Of a stretch of 52,895 nucleotides of DNA, positions 9,008-17,799 are shown in pieces. The stretch is from a virus (taxonomy: Duplodnaviria; Caudoviricetes), in IMG/VR virus record IMGVR_UViG_3300032050_000187, positions 1 to 52,895 of that record. The stretch is one strand, 5' to 3'. Below the pieces are notes generated by a model. That model was not told where the DNA came from, searched no databases, and worked only from the letters and a program-made list of their open reading frames with translations. Made by a program: the position numbers and the translations under genes. The first letter of the stretch is position 1, and the number at the start of each line of letters is the position of its first letter.

Positions 9008-9634
9008 TTACAGACCAACTGCGTTGGTAAATGTGTGATAGCCGGGGTTGATCTTGACCAGGATGTCGGTGTAAGCGTCGCCCACAACCGAGAAACCTTG
9101 CATATTAACGAACCCAACAACACGGAATGCTGCGGTGGTGGTCACAGCCGAGGAACCTGCTACGACAGAAGCCGTAGAGTTACCAGTGGATGTGCTGCCA
9201 GTTGCCACAGCGCCAGTTGAGAAAAACACGTTTGCGCCCACGGCAGCTTGCGTGACAGAGCCAGCAGACTGAACTTGGAACACAACACCGGGATCATCCA
9301 CAACGTAAGCGTTAATCACGCCAGTGGTACCCGTGGGGTAGTACTGAGCGTAGATCACTTGGCCTTGTGCGTTGATGTAAGAACAGCCAACAAACACACC
9401 TACGATGCCCGTGTTAGCGGTACCGACAGGAAAGCCGTTGGTGGTCGCATCTGCGCCAGTTGCGGTGGCCACAGCCAGATAGCCAGACGCATTCACGTAC
9501 ACGGGCGAACCGTTGTAAATGTTTGCGGCAGTGCCTGCGGGGTCGATGAGATACGAACGGGTTGCACCTGCATATGGTGTGCCGCCCAGCTCATTCACGG
9601 GTTTTAGCCCGTAAGGGGATGCTACTGATGCCAT
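9008..9634 (-). CDS. Putative head decoration/cement protein
   Basis: 208 aa, PYGLKPV...GVFVGCSY...VDDPGVVFQVQ; immediately upstream of MCP. Confidence 0.6.
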   Translation of the reverse strand: MASVASPYGLKPVNELGGTPYAGATRSYLIDPAGTAANIYNGSPVYVNASGYLAVATATGADATTNGFPVGTANTGIVGVFVGCSYINAQGQVIYAQYYPTGTTGVINAYVVDDPGVVFQVQSAGSVTQAAVGANVFFSTGAVATGSTSTGNSTASVVAGSSAVTTTAAFRVVGFVNMQGFSVVGDAYTDILVKINPGYHTFTNAVGL

Positions 9635-9649
9635 TTAAGGACTCCTTGT

Positions 9650-10102
9650 TTACTTAGAACCTGAACCAAACCCCCTGCCGCCGCTGACTGTGGACTTGCG
9701 GTCCGCAAACAAAGGCATACGAGGATCATTGTTTCGCATGAAGTGGTTGTCCACCGATTCCATCTGGTTTTGTGCTTGTCGGTCGTAGTACTCGTCCCGA
9801 GCGCGTGCTCGTTCCGCCACCATCTTGCAAAGCATGAGTCCGCCAATTTCGACGTTCCCGGTCTTTGCATTACCTTCAATCATCAATTCTGGATGATCTT
9901 CTGCCTTGACAGGCTCCCAGCCGTCGCGCATCTTTCGAGACACGTTGGTGGGTTCAGCTTGCCCTAGTACGTGGGTGGCCACCCAGCGGTAAACATATCC
10001 TGGCTCCGGGGTCGGATCAGGCAGTGCCGAGGAAGGCGTATACACATAACGGGTTTGCTTGTCGCGTGACACGAGGTCACGGGGGGTACGGTTTTCAGCC
10101 AT
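9650..10102 (-). CDS. Conserved head-module protein
   Basis: PGYVYRWV...GWEPVKAEDHPE...GGLMLCKM. Confidence 0.65.
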   Translation of the reverse strand: MAENRTPRDLVSRDKQTRYVYTPSSALPDPTPEPGYVYRWVATHVLGQAEPTNVSRKMRDGWEPVKAEDHPELMIEGNAKTGNVEIGGLMLCKMVAERARARDEYYDRQAQNQMESVDNHFMRNNDPRMPLFADRKSTVSGGRGFGSGSK

Positions 10103-11054
10103 TTTGACTCTCCAATTTTGCTACTTGAGCAGCATACTGCTGCGGGGTTAATCCAAATTTCTTTGCCAGTGCGACCTGGGTCTGAGTGAGTTGGACTTTC
10201 TTGGCACCCGACGAACGGGTCGCGGGGGCTGCAACGGCAGCAGGTCGTCTTGGGGAATCACCCGACCTTGGCTTGTCTTCTGTATCACCGAAAACTTCGG
10301 GGAACTTGGACTTCACGCGAGCATCGATTTGCTCGAAATATTCATCAGTGCGGGGATCGACCCCGTTGTTGACTAGTTTTTGATGCAGCCCTAGTGCAAA
10401 GCTGGTGACTTCTTCGAACCCGTTGGAACCGAACCACTGGTTTTTTGCCTGCCAGCGCAGAGTTTTTTCGTCCGGTTGAGCCTGTTCAGGTTCGCTTTTC
10501 CGCGTTTGTACATCATATTCTTCGGTTTGTAAAGGGGGTGGGCGAAAACTTTTCGCTTGCTCCAACTTCCACTTGGCGTCAGTAAGTGCTTCCTGCGCTG
10601 CAATTATGGCGTCAGTGTCAAACGCTTCCTGGGCATCCTTGTACTGGCGGCGGGCTTTCTCCAGCTCGGCTTCCGCCGCTGTTTTGGCCATGGTGCCGTA
10701 CTGTTCTGACCCAGTTGAAACATACTGTTTTAACTGCTTGTTCTCGTTGATGAGCTGCTGTGCGAGACGCTCGAGTTCTTGCTTCTCGCGCATGGTGGCT
10801 TCTTTGGCCCGGCGCTCGTCGTGGCGTGCGTGGGTCAACTCCTTGATGCGCCCTTTGACTTTATCGGAGTAGTTCTCGATTTCGTCGTCCGTGGGGTCTT
10901 CCACCTCCCGGTCCAGGGGCTTGCGGCCTCTGTCTTGGATGGGGGTATCGTCAACGACTTCGACTTCTACGTCGCCGTCGTCCTCCACGGACACATTGAC
11001 CTGGGAGGTCTTTTCGTCATCCAGTTCGTCTGGGAACTTGTATTGTTCAGCCAT
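10095..11054 (-). CDS. Putative capsid scaffolding protein
   Basis: Acidic N-terminus, long coiled coil, C-terminal LTQTQVALAKKFGLTPQQYA; lies between portal and MCP. Confidence 0.7.
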   Translation of the reverse strand: MAEQYKFPDELDDEKTSQVNVSVEDDGDVEVEVVDDTPIQDRGRKPLDREVEDPTDDEIENYSDKVKGRIKELTHARHDERRAKEATMREKQELERLAQQLINENKQLKQYVSTGSEQYGTMAKTAAEAELEKARRQYKDAQEAFDTDAIIAAQEALTDAKWKLEQAKSFRPPPLQTEEYDVQTRKSEPEQAQPDEKTLRWQAKNQWFGSNGFEEVTSFALGLHQKLVNNGVDPRTDEYFEQIDARVKSKFPEVFGDTEDKPRSGDSPRRPAAVAAPATRSSGAKKVQLTQTQVALAKKFGLTPQQYAAQVAKLESQNG

Positions 11055-11064
11055 ATCTACTCCA

Positions 11065-11502
11065 TCAAGCGCGGGTTAACCCGCGAGGGTCTTGCACAAC
11101 AGCATCGACTTGATCGTCGTTAATCAAGCGAAACTCTTTACCGAAAATTTTGAAGCGCGTACCCGAGTAGGTACGTACCAGCACAAAGTCACCTGCCTTG
11201 CACCACGCGCCTGCGGGGAACTTGGTAGTGTCTTTGTATGCGTCAGGGCCGACCTTGAGCACAAACAGAACAGTTGTGGCGTGTTCTTCTTGGCGCATGA
11301 CGGAGGACGCTTTCACCAGATCAAGCTCAGTGCCATCAATCTTTTCAGATATGTCGGGCACCGCACACAGCAGCTTCCAGCCTGTTGGCTCTGGCAGCAT
11401 GGTTGCTTTCTCATCGTTGTTTGCGTCTTCTGCCGGGGCATCGACGGGTTGGATTGCTTCAGGCAGGGCAAATTGCCCCGGTTCAAGTGCGAGTTCACTC
11501 AT
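11065..11502 (-). CDS. groES: GroES/Cpn10-like co-chaperonin
   Basis: PTGWKLL...VLKVGPDAY...CKAGDFVLVRTYSGTRFKIFGKEFRLINDDQVDAVV matches the Cpn10 pattern. Confidence 0.8.
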   Translation of the reverse strand: MSELALEPGQFALPEAIQPVDAPAEDANNDEKATMLPEPTGWKLLCAVPDISEKIDGTELDLVKASSVMRQEEHATTVLFVLKVGPDAYKDTTKFPAGAWCKAGDFVLVRTYSGTRFKIFGKEFRLINDDQVDAVVQDPRGLTRA

Positions 11503-11689
11503 TGGCTTTTTCAACTTTCTCTGCAAGGTCGATGATGTAACGCTCTGCGATAGCCAGACCCTGAATGGTTCCGCAAAGTTTTTGGTACTCGTCAAAATTG
11601 CGACACGCACCACCAGCGCAGTCATCTGCGTAGTTGTTCATGTCGGTGCGTATTTGTTCGCGCAATACGCGTGCGAAATCTTGAATCAT
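11495..11689 (-). CDS. Small conserved protein between portal and GroES
   Basis: 64 aa, FDEYQKLCGTIQGL; overlapping start/stop with neighbours. Confidence 0.65.
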   Translation of the reverse strand: MIQDFARVLREQIRTDMNNYADDCAGGACRNFDEYQKLCGTIQGLAIAERYIIDLAEKVEKANE

Positions 11690-14178
11690 TCTTTAGGGTT
11701 TTCCTTTCGTGGTTGGTTTTCTCTGCGCTTAGCCAACTGTTCGTCAACCCGCAGCAGGGCATCTCCCAGTTTTTGCTGGTTGTTGAACTGTTGTTCTTTC
11801 TTGGACATTTCAAACTTGCCTGCGTTTTCTGCCGCTTTGAGTGCCTGATCTTCTTTGTCCATTCGGTACTTGCCCACCTTTGCCATGGCGTCGATTTTCA
11901 GTTTCTTCTCTTCGATGGCCAGCTTGCCAGTAACTTCCTTGTCCTTGATCTGCACTTCTTGTTGACGAATCTGCAACTCTTGCTGCTGCATCTTCAACAC
12001 TGGGTCTTGGGCTTGCTGCTGAGCCTGCTGCTGTGCGGCTTGCTGTTGGTTTTGCTGGAGCACTTGCTGTGCCGCCTGGGCCATCATCCCTGACAGCGCC
12101 ACCTCGATCTGCGGGGGCAGCTTCTCGTCTGCTGGGGGCAGTGGCATACCAAGCTGCTGCTCAATTTTTTGGCGGTACGCAAAGCCTACGTGCTCGGCAA
12201 CGTGCGCCATCATGGCTGCTTGAATCTGCGGTGCCTTGGGGTTTTGGCCGATCAACTGCATGACGATGGGGTCTTGCATGGCCATCATGTGCACCTTGAT
12301 GTGGGACTCGTGGTCTTGGTAGAAGAACGCTTTGAGCGGCTCCATCTTGAGCGCGGCCATGTTCTCAGACACGGGGTCTTTGGGCTTCTGGTCATCAGGC
12401 AGGGGCACGAGCTTGTCTGCGTCCTTGATACCCAGCACCTCCAGCATCTGGCGGTGCAACTGGGGCAAGTCGTAGATGTCCGGGGCCATCTGTGCCATCT
12501 GGATCACGGCTTGGTACTGCACAACCCGCTGGCTCATGGTGGCCGCGTTGGGGTCACTCACCGGGATGATGTCAACGTGGTTGTAGTCCTCTTGCTTGGC
12601 GCGTCGTGTGGACTTGTCTGGGTCGTAGTCGTACTCGGGGTCTGTGTAGTCCCGAATCAACCCGGCCAGCAGTTGTAGTTCTTGCTTGAAGCTGTAGTGC
12701 AACCGGGCCTGGACCGCCGACATCACCTTCAACTGACGCTCCAGCAGGGCCAGCGTGGTGCCCACGGGCGCTTGTGCGCTCATGTCCGAGACCTTCATGT
12801 CCGCCGTGGCGGCAAAGCGTCTGCCTTCCTCCACGATGGTGCCCAGCAACTGGTACAGAACGCCGCTTGGCTCTTTGTACGGCAGGGGCAGGATGTTGTC
12901 GCGCAGTGCCCCGGAGCCAATGTCTACGTCCCTGAACTCGCCGGGTTGAATCGGTGTGTCGTCACCCTTAATGCGAAGTCCACGAGATTTGAGACCTCCT
13001 GGGAGGTTCGACAGCGTTCCTGCATCGACAAGCTGACGCATGATGCTGGTGGCTGACTTGGCAAACCCGCCGATGAGGTGGAAGAGGCCAAAGCCGTAAG
13101 CCCCAAAGCCTGGGATGTATTGGTAGTGGACAAAGTGTTGTCGCTTGAGTCGGAGTTCATCGTCTTGCTTCCAGTTGCGGCGGATGGCCAACACATCGTT
13201 GGTCCCTTTTATAAGGGTAACTACGTATGGCAGCGCAATACCCGTCTCTTCTCCGTCACCGTCTTTGTCTTGGTAACCATCCAAGTCCAGGTCAACGTGG
13301 CACTCAAAAATAATGTAGCGCTCGTCGTTCAGGTCGCTGAACCCGGTCTCCTTGTCCTTGGCCTTCTGGATGTTGGTCTGCTCCCTGGATGGATCGGGCA
13401 ACTCAACGTCGCGGTAGAACCCAGCTTTCTGGAGCTTCACAATCTCATTCTTGGTCTTGCGCATCACATGGGTGACGCGGTAGCAGGTGTCCAAGTCCGT
13501 GGCCCCGTAGGGCAGGATGATGTCTTCTGCGGGAATGAACATCGACACCTGACGGCCCAGGCTTGGGTCGTAGTACACCTTTTTGAACGCGCTGCCAGTG
13601 GCTGGCAGGCTCCACAGCATGCGCTCATGTTCTGGTCTGAACTCACGCATCACCTCTGTCAGCTCGTAGTTCATGTCAAACTCAACGCGAACAGCGGCTT
13701 CTTGTTTCTGCGGGGTCTGCTTGCCCAGAATTTTGGTACGTACCGGGCCTTGCGCGGGGAAGGTCTCCGTGATCGTCTCAGACTGGAAGCGCACAACGGC
13801 TTCGGTAATCATCGGGTGGAACACGCCAGACGCGCCGTTCCACGGTTCTGTGCGCTCCTCGTACTGGAGGCCCAGCAGCTTTAACCCCTCTGTGTAGGCT
13901 TTCTCCCAGTCCTTGCGGGAGTTCTTGTCATTCTCAATGTCCCCTGACAAGTCCCCGGCCAGGGTCTCCAAGGCAGACTGGTCCATCTCCTCGGCCAAGT
14001 TCTCATTGAATGTGTCGTCTTCTTCGTCGCCTGGGCGGATGGACAACTCCAAGTCCCCGGCGTGGATATTGACTTCCTCGGGGTCGATGATCTCGATCTC
14101 CAGCGGCTCCTCTTGCTCTCCCAGTTCGTCGATGCCCTGGGGCTGTTGGTAAAGCGCTTTGTCGATATTGGTTGCCAT
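11686..14178 (-). CDS. Portal protein
   Basis: 830 aa directly after terL; GSAFKKVYYD, GFGLFHLIGG, Gln-rich coiled-coil C-terminus as in P22-like portals. Confidence 0.85.
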   Translation of the reverse strand: MATNIDKALYQQPQGIDELGEQEEPLEIEIIDPEEVNIHAGDLELSIRPGDEEDDTFNENLAEEMDQSALETLAGDLSGDIENDKNSRKDWEKAYTEGLKLLGLQYEERTEPWNGASGVFHPMITEAVVRFQSETITETFPAQGPVRTKILGKQTPQKQEAAVRVEFDMNYELTEVMREFRPEHERMLWSLPATGSAFKKVYYDPSLGRQVSMFIPAEDIILPYGATDLDTCYRVTHVMRKTKNEIVKLQKAGFYRDVELPDPSREQTNIQKAKDKETGFSDLNDERYIIFECHVDLDLDGYQDKDGDGEETGIALPYVVTLIKGTNDVLAIRRNWKQDDELRLKRQHFVHYQYIPGFGAYGFGLFHLIGGFAKSATSIMRQLVDAGTLSNLPGGLKSRGLRIKGDDTPIQPGEFRDVDIGSGALRDNILPLPYKEPSGVLYQLLGTIVEEGRRFAATADMKVSDMSAQAPVGTTLALLERQLKVMSAVQARLHYSFKQELQLLAGLIRDYTDPEYDYDPDKSTRRAKQEDYNHVDIIPVSDPNAATMSQRVVQYQAVIQMAQMAPDIYDLPQLHRQMLEVLGIKDADKLVPLPDDQKPKDPVSENMAALKMEPLKAFFYQDHESHIKVHMMAMQDPIVMQLIGQNPKAPQIQAAMMAHVAEHVGFAYRQKIEQQLGMPLPPADEKLPPQIEVALSGMMAQAAQQVLQQNQQQAAQQQAQQQAQDPVLKMQQQELQIRQQEVQIKDKEVTGKLAIEEKKLKIDAMAKVGKYRMDKEDQALKAAENAGKFEMSKKEQQFNNQQKLGDALLRVDEQLAKRRENQPRKENPKE

Positions 14179-14186
14179 GTCTGTCC

Positions 14187-15722
14187 TTAGTAATACGCCG
14201 CCTTGCGGCGGAAGTAGATGGGGTCGTCTTTCTCGTCGGTGTCCAAACTGATGAACCCGCCTTGGCGAAACCGCAGCAACGCTTGGGAGGTCGTGTCCAC
14301 GTAGTCGTCATTCTCACCGTTGGGGAAGGACGCCACCTCCTCGATGACCTCCCTGGCCCAGCGTGTGTCTGGTGCCCAGACTGTACCTGAACTAAACAAG
14401 TCTGCAACGGCGTTCAGACGCACAACTTTGTCATTGCCCCTGGAGGGATTGGTCTCTTGCACAGGTATGCCCATCCTGCGCAGCTCTTGTATCAACGGCG
14501 CTCCTGCGGCCTTCTTCTCCACGATAAACGCGTCTGGCTCCCACTCGTTGTAGTGCTTAAGCGCCGTGGCCTTCAGCTCGGGGAACTGCATCCTGTCTTT
14601 GAACGCATCCAGCAGTATGACCTGCGCGGCATCGTGCTCTTCCTCGTTGTAGAACACCCCCCAGGTTGTGCACGCCGAATAGTCCGCGCTGGTCTTGGCT
14701 TCAAACGCCGTGTCCCAGGACTGGATGATGTACTCACAGGCGGGTGGCTCTTCGCCCTCCCAGATGCGCCAATTTTTTCTGGAGATGATGGCCGCGTTGT
14801 CGCTGGTGGGCTGCTGCATGTACTGCGCGTTCCAATACTGGGGGTCGATCGACGCTTTGGCCGACTTCAACGCAGCCAGGGGCCACTGCTCTGGCCACAG
14901 GGACTTCTCGTCGTCCGTACCTTCGTTCAGTATGGCGGGTAGCTCCACGATCTCCCAGGGCGGCGCTTCGGGGTTTTTGGTCTGGTAGTCGATCAGCCGC
15001 CCGGTCAGGTCCAGTTTGCCCCAGCGGGTCATCACCACAATGATTCCGCCCCCTGGCATCAATCGCTGGAGTGGGCCAGTCTGGAACCAACTCCACGCCG
15101 TGTCAAACGCTAGACGACTGTTGGCTTTTACGTCTTGTTCCGAGTGAGGATCATCAATAACGAACAGATCGGCACCACGGCCAGCCAGAGCACCGCCGAC
15201 ACCAGCAGCGTAATACTGACCCCCAGCGCCAGTACCCCACTTTCCAGCAGCTTTTTGGTCATCGGCAACAACAGTTCGGGGGAAAAGCTCACGGTAGTCC
15301 TCGCTTGCGATCAAATTGCGGACCTTGCGGCCAAAGTCTTCTGACAAAGACGCGGTGTGCGTCCCCATGATGATCTTCTTATTAGGGTAATTACCTAGAA
15401 AGAAGGCTGGAAACAGATAAGAGCTGAATTCTGACTTGCCCATACGGGGGGCGATGTTGATGATGACCCGGTTTTTGCGCCCCTCGATCACATCGGTGAA
15501 GATTTTGGCCAGTTTCCTGTGGTGCGGACCCACTTTAAACCCTGGATAGACCCGTTTGGCAAAGGAAATCATATCCTGGCGGGCTGCGGCCACCCCGTAG
15601 CGCTTCTCACGCTCTTCGAGCATGTCAAAAAGCTCCATCTTCTCCTTGAGAGAAAGAGTCGGGAGCGCCTTTTGGATGGCGGCAACCTCAGTTGGAGAGA
15701 GCGTCAGGTCGTTGAGCTTCAT
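14187..15722 (-). CDS. terL: Terminase large subunit
   Basis: Walker A-like APRMGKS, Walker B LFVIDDPH, nuclease acidic motifs SWDTA and DDYVD. Confidence 0.93.
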   Translation of the reverse strand: MKLNDLTLSPTEVAAIQKALPTLSLKEKMELFDMLEEREKRYGVAAARQDMISFAKRVYPGFKVGPHHRKLAKIFTDVIEGRKNRVIINIAPRMGKSEFSSYLFPAFFLGNYPNKKIIMGTHTASLSEDFGRKVRNLIASEDYRELFPRTVVADDQKAAGKWGTGAGGQYYAAGVGGALAGRGADLFVIDDPHSEQDVKANSRLAFDTAWSWFQTGPLQRLMPGGGIIVVMTRWGKLDLTGRLIDYQTKNPEAPPWEIVELPAILNEGTDDEKSLWPEQWPLAALKSAKASIDPQYWNAQYMQQPTSDNAAIISRKNWRIWEGEEPPACEYIIQSWDTAFEAKTSADYSACTTWGVFYNEEEHDAAQVILLDAFKDRMQFPELKATALKHYNEWEPDAFIVEKKAAGAPLIQELRRMGIPVQETNPSRGNDKVVRLNAVADLFSSGTVWAPDTRWAREVIEEVASFPNGENDDYVDTTSQALLRFRQGGFISLDTDEKDDPIYFRRKAAYY

Positions 15723-16329
15723 CAGCCGCAGTTGTGGTGGATTCTTCTTGTGTGTGAGCGCTAACTTCTATGTCCTCGATTACGGATGCGTCGGTAACGC
15801 CCATGAACCTGTTGAGCTTGTCCTTGATCTTCTGGTCGATCTCGGTGTCAGACAGGTCAGCACGCTTGACCTCGATGCGTTCAGTGAACAGCCCGATCTC
15901 TGTGACCCGCCCGAGCATATCCAGCGCCTTGAGCCTGATCCGAGCGTCGGGGTGGTTTGTCTCCTCCAGTATCTTGGCCACAGCCATGCCGCGCAGCTCC
16001 TTGGCTTGCTCGACAAACTCCCAGTCGTAGGCCGAGAGCATGGTGACCAGATGGCGTACCGCCTCTGGCGTCTTGAGTTGGGTGAGTTGGTGTTTCGTTT
16101 CCGCAACAGGTTGTGCGGTGGCCAGCGCGGAGAACACTTTGCGTGCGGCGTTGGCCTGTGCTTGCTCGAGTACTTTCTGGTCGCTGTCAACCCCCATGCT
16201 CTCCAGCCACTCGGTGGTCTTGACCTGGGCGTTCAGGATTTCTTCAGGAGACGCCGCATCCAGCCCACGCACGGCTTTGCGTTCGTAGGAATCTACGGGG
16301 GGATGAAAATCTATTAAGTGATCCAGCAT
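15688..16329 (-). CDS. terS: Putative terminase small subunit
   Basis: 213 aa directly upstream of terL; RLKALDMLGR...LFTERIEV helix motif. Confidence 0.6.
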   Translation of the reverse strand: MLDHLIDFHPPVDSYERKAVRGLDAASPEEILNAQVKTTEWLESMGVDSDQKVLEQAQANAARKVFSALATAQPVAETKHQLTQLKTPEAVRHLVTMLSAYDWEFVEQAKELRGMAVAKILEETNHPDARIRLKALDMLGRVTEIGLFTERIEVKRADLSDTEIDQKIKDKLNRFMGVTDASVIEDIEVSAHTQEESTTTAADEAQRPDALSN

Positions 16330-16343
16330 ACGCGCATAAGCCC

Positions 16344-16372
16344 TTGAACCTGCGATGGGGCTAATGTACACT
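16344..16372 (+). promoter_or_regulatory. Sigma70-like promoter for candidate sRNA
   Basis: TTGAAC-17 nt-TACACT. Confidence 0.6.
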
Positions 16373-16392
16373 CAATCCCGGTAGATGTGCAA
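16363..16392 (-). promoter_or_regulatory. Sigma70-like promoter for the late operon (overlaps the opposite-strand promoter)
   Basis: TTGCAC-18 nt-TACATT about 35 nt upstream of the terS start. Confidence 0.55.
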
Positions 16393-16508
16393 GCAGTTGC
16401 CAGTTGGCCTACGGCCAATCAGCAAAAATGCTCATTTGCTTCTCCTCCGGGGGTTTGTGATTATCCCCCCTCTTCATCCCCTGACTGGCAACGGTCAGGG
16501 GACTTTTT
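16379..16508 (+). ncRNA. Candidate trans-acting small RNA with anti-RBS seed
   Basis: Promoter upstream, strand-specific terminator downstream, no credible ORF; seed 16431-16448 complementary to repeated early-gene initiation regions. Confidence 0.65.
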
Positions 16509-16514
16509 CGTTTT
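16477..16514 (+). terminator. Intrinsic terminator
   Basis: UCCCCUGACUG-GCAA-CGGUCAGGGGA (11 bp, one U-G pair, GNRA loop) followed by CUUUUUCGUUUU. Confidence 0.8.
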
Positions 16515-16765
16515 GGGGGGTGTTGGCTGGTAGTTCCCCTTTTCCACTTGCGTGTGCCTACACGGCTCCTCATTTAAACCAAGCCTCTCTATTGGTCACC
16601 AACACGGCTGGGGACTGACAAGCCAGTTTCCGTTCCGGCAATCTCTCGATTTGTCTCAATCCCCATGCGTGATGGCTCCGGGTCGCCTTCCCCCAGATAC
16701 TTGGTCCCGAGTCCCACGGGCTTGGCCTACTCCACTACGAATAGTTACAGACCTCCGACCAGCGC

Positions 16766-16793
16766 AGTATACCACCTGTCAATCGTTGGACAA
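16766..16793 (-). promoter_or_regulatory. Leftward promoter with overlapping TGTC-N8-GACA operator
   Basis: TTGTCC-16-TATACT with extended -10 TGn; TGTCCAACGATTGACA at 16777-16792. Confidence 0.55.
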
Positions 16794-16992
16794 GTGTTTT
16801 GTGGAATTTTTTAAAAAATTTATGGGGGTAGTGAAAAGGATTACAGGAAATTGGGATTATGGCTGGGGAACAGTGTTCATACATGGGCGGGGCTGTGCTG
16901 CCTATAAGGGTTGGTGGGGGTAGGGTGGGGTCTAAAGGTTTCAGTTATTGGGCCGCTTCGCCCTGCTCTGAGAGCTATCGTTCTACCCCTCG

Positions 16993-17001
16993 TGGTAAAA
17001 T
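16993..17001 (+). promoter_or_regulatory. Extended -10 promoter for first early gene
   Basis: TGGTAAAAT about 77 nt upstream of ATG 17078. Confidence 0.45.
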
Positions 17002-17077
17002 AGAGGCATCGGTTGGGGGAACTCAACCGCTGTGTAGCCCCGCCACTCTGCGGGGCATCCTCATTGGAGTATTCACC

Positions 17078-17512
17078 ATGAAACAATCATTCAACGCTCT
17101 CTCACTTCGCACTGCACTCGGCATCACCGATGCCCAGTATCAAGCCGTGAAACCCACGCTCACACTCGCAGACAGTATGTCTGTGACCCTTGCGGCCAAG
17201 CTCATTGAGCTGGGCATTGCGGACAAGACCACGGCTCGGCCATTCGTGGTGTTCTACATCGCCGAGGTTCGCAAGGGTGCGATGGCCTTGATCTACGAGG
17301 GACAGCGTGGCGTGACCTTTGGCAACGGCAACAAGTACGAGCGACAAGTCACTCGGATTCTGAGCAAAATCTTTGACGATGTGCAAGCCGAGCGCAAGCC
17401 CATCAAGGCCAGTGGCAAGGCCGACAAGGTGTCCAAGCTGTTCGAGCAGTGGCAAGCCCTGTCTGCCGCTGAGAAGCGCCGCTTCACTACCCTTCAACTC
17501 AAAGCTGACTGA
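17078..17512 (+). CDS. Early hypothetical protein (144 aa)
   Basis: SD GGAG before ATG 17078; first rightward gene. Confidence 0.7.
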   Translation: MKQSFNALSLRTALGITDAQYQAVKPTLTLADSMSVTLAAKLIELGIADKTTARPFVVFYIAEVRKGAMALIYEGQRGVTFGNGNKYERQVTRILSKIFDDVQAERKPIKASGKADKVSKLFEQWQALSAAEKRRFTTLQLKAD

Positions 17513-17620
17513 CAGACAGTTTGTCTGCGAGTTTTTCCCAGCGGCTTGCCCGAGAGGGTGTGCCGCTGTTTCTTTTCCTGTCAAACCATGCAAACTTTGC
17601 ATAACCCTAGGAGTTTCACC

Positions 17621-17770
17621 ATGACCAAGCACGACTGGATCATCGAACAGATGCGTCCCAAAACCCCCTTCGATTTCTACTGGGATTTGTTCTTTGGGGA
17701 CTGCGACCTCGATGACCTGCCCCCTCTGAGCGAAACCACCGCCATTGCCCAGGCGTTCGCCGACCTTTAA
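17621..17770 (+). CDS. Early hypothetical protein (49 aa, acidic)
   Basis: SD AGGAG before ATG 17621. Confidence 0.6.
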   Translation: MTKHDWIIEQMRPKTPFDFYWDLFFGDCDLDDLPPLSETTAIAQAFADL

Positions 17771-17799
17771 CCCAACCCATTCAACTCAGGAGATTCACC

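Noticed and set aside
16409-16435. Minus-strand mini-ORF MSIFADWP with strong SD as a leader peptide
   Set aside because: It is the reverse complement of the sRNA seed, and the nearby terminator is + strand specific. Not fully excluded, but not called.
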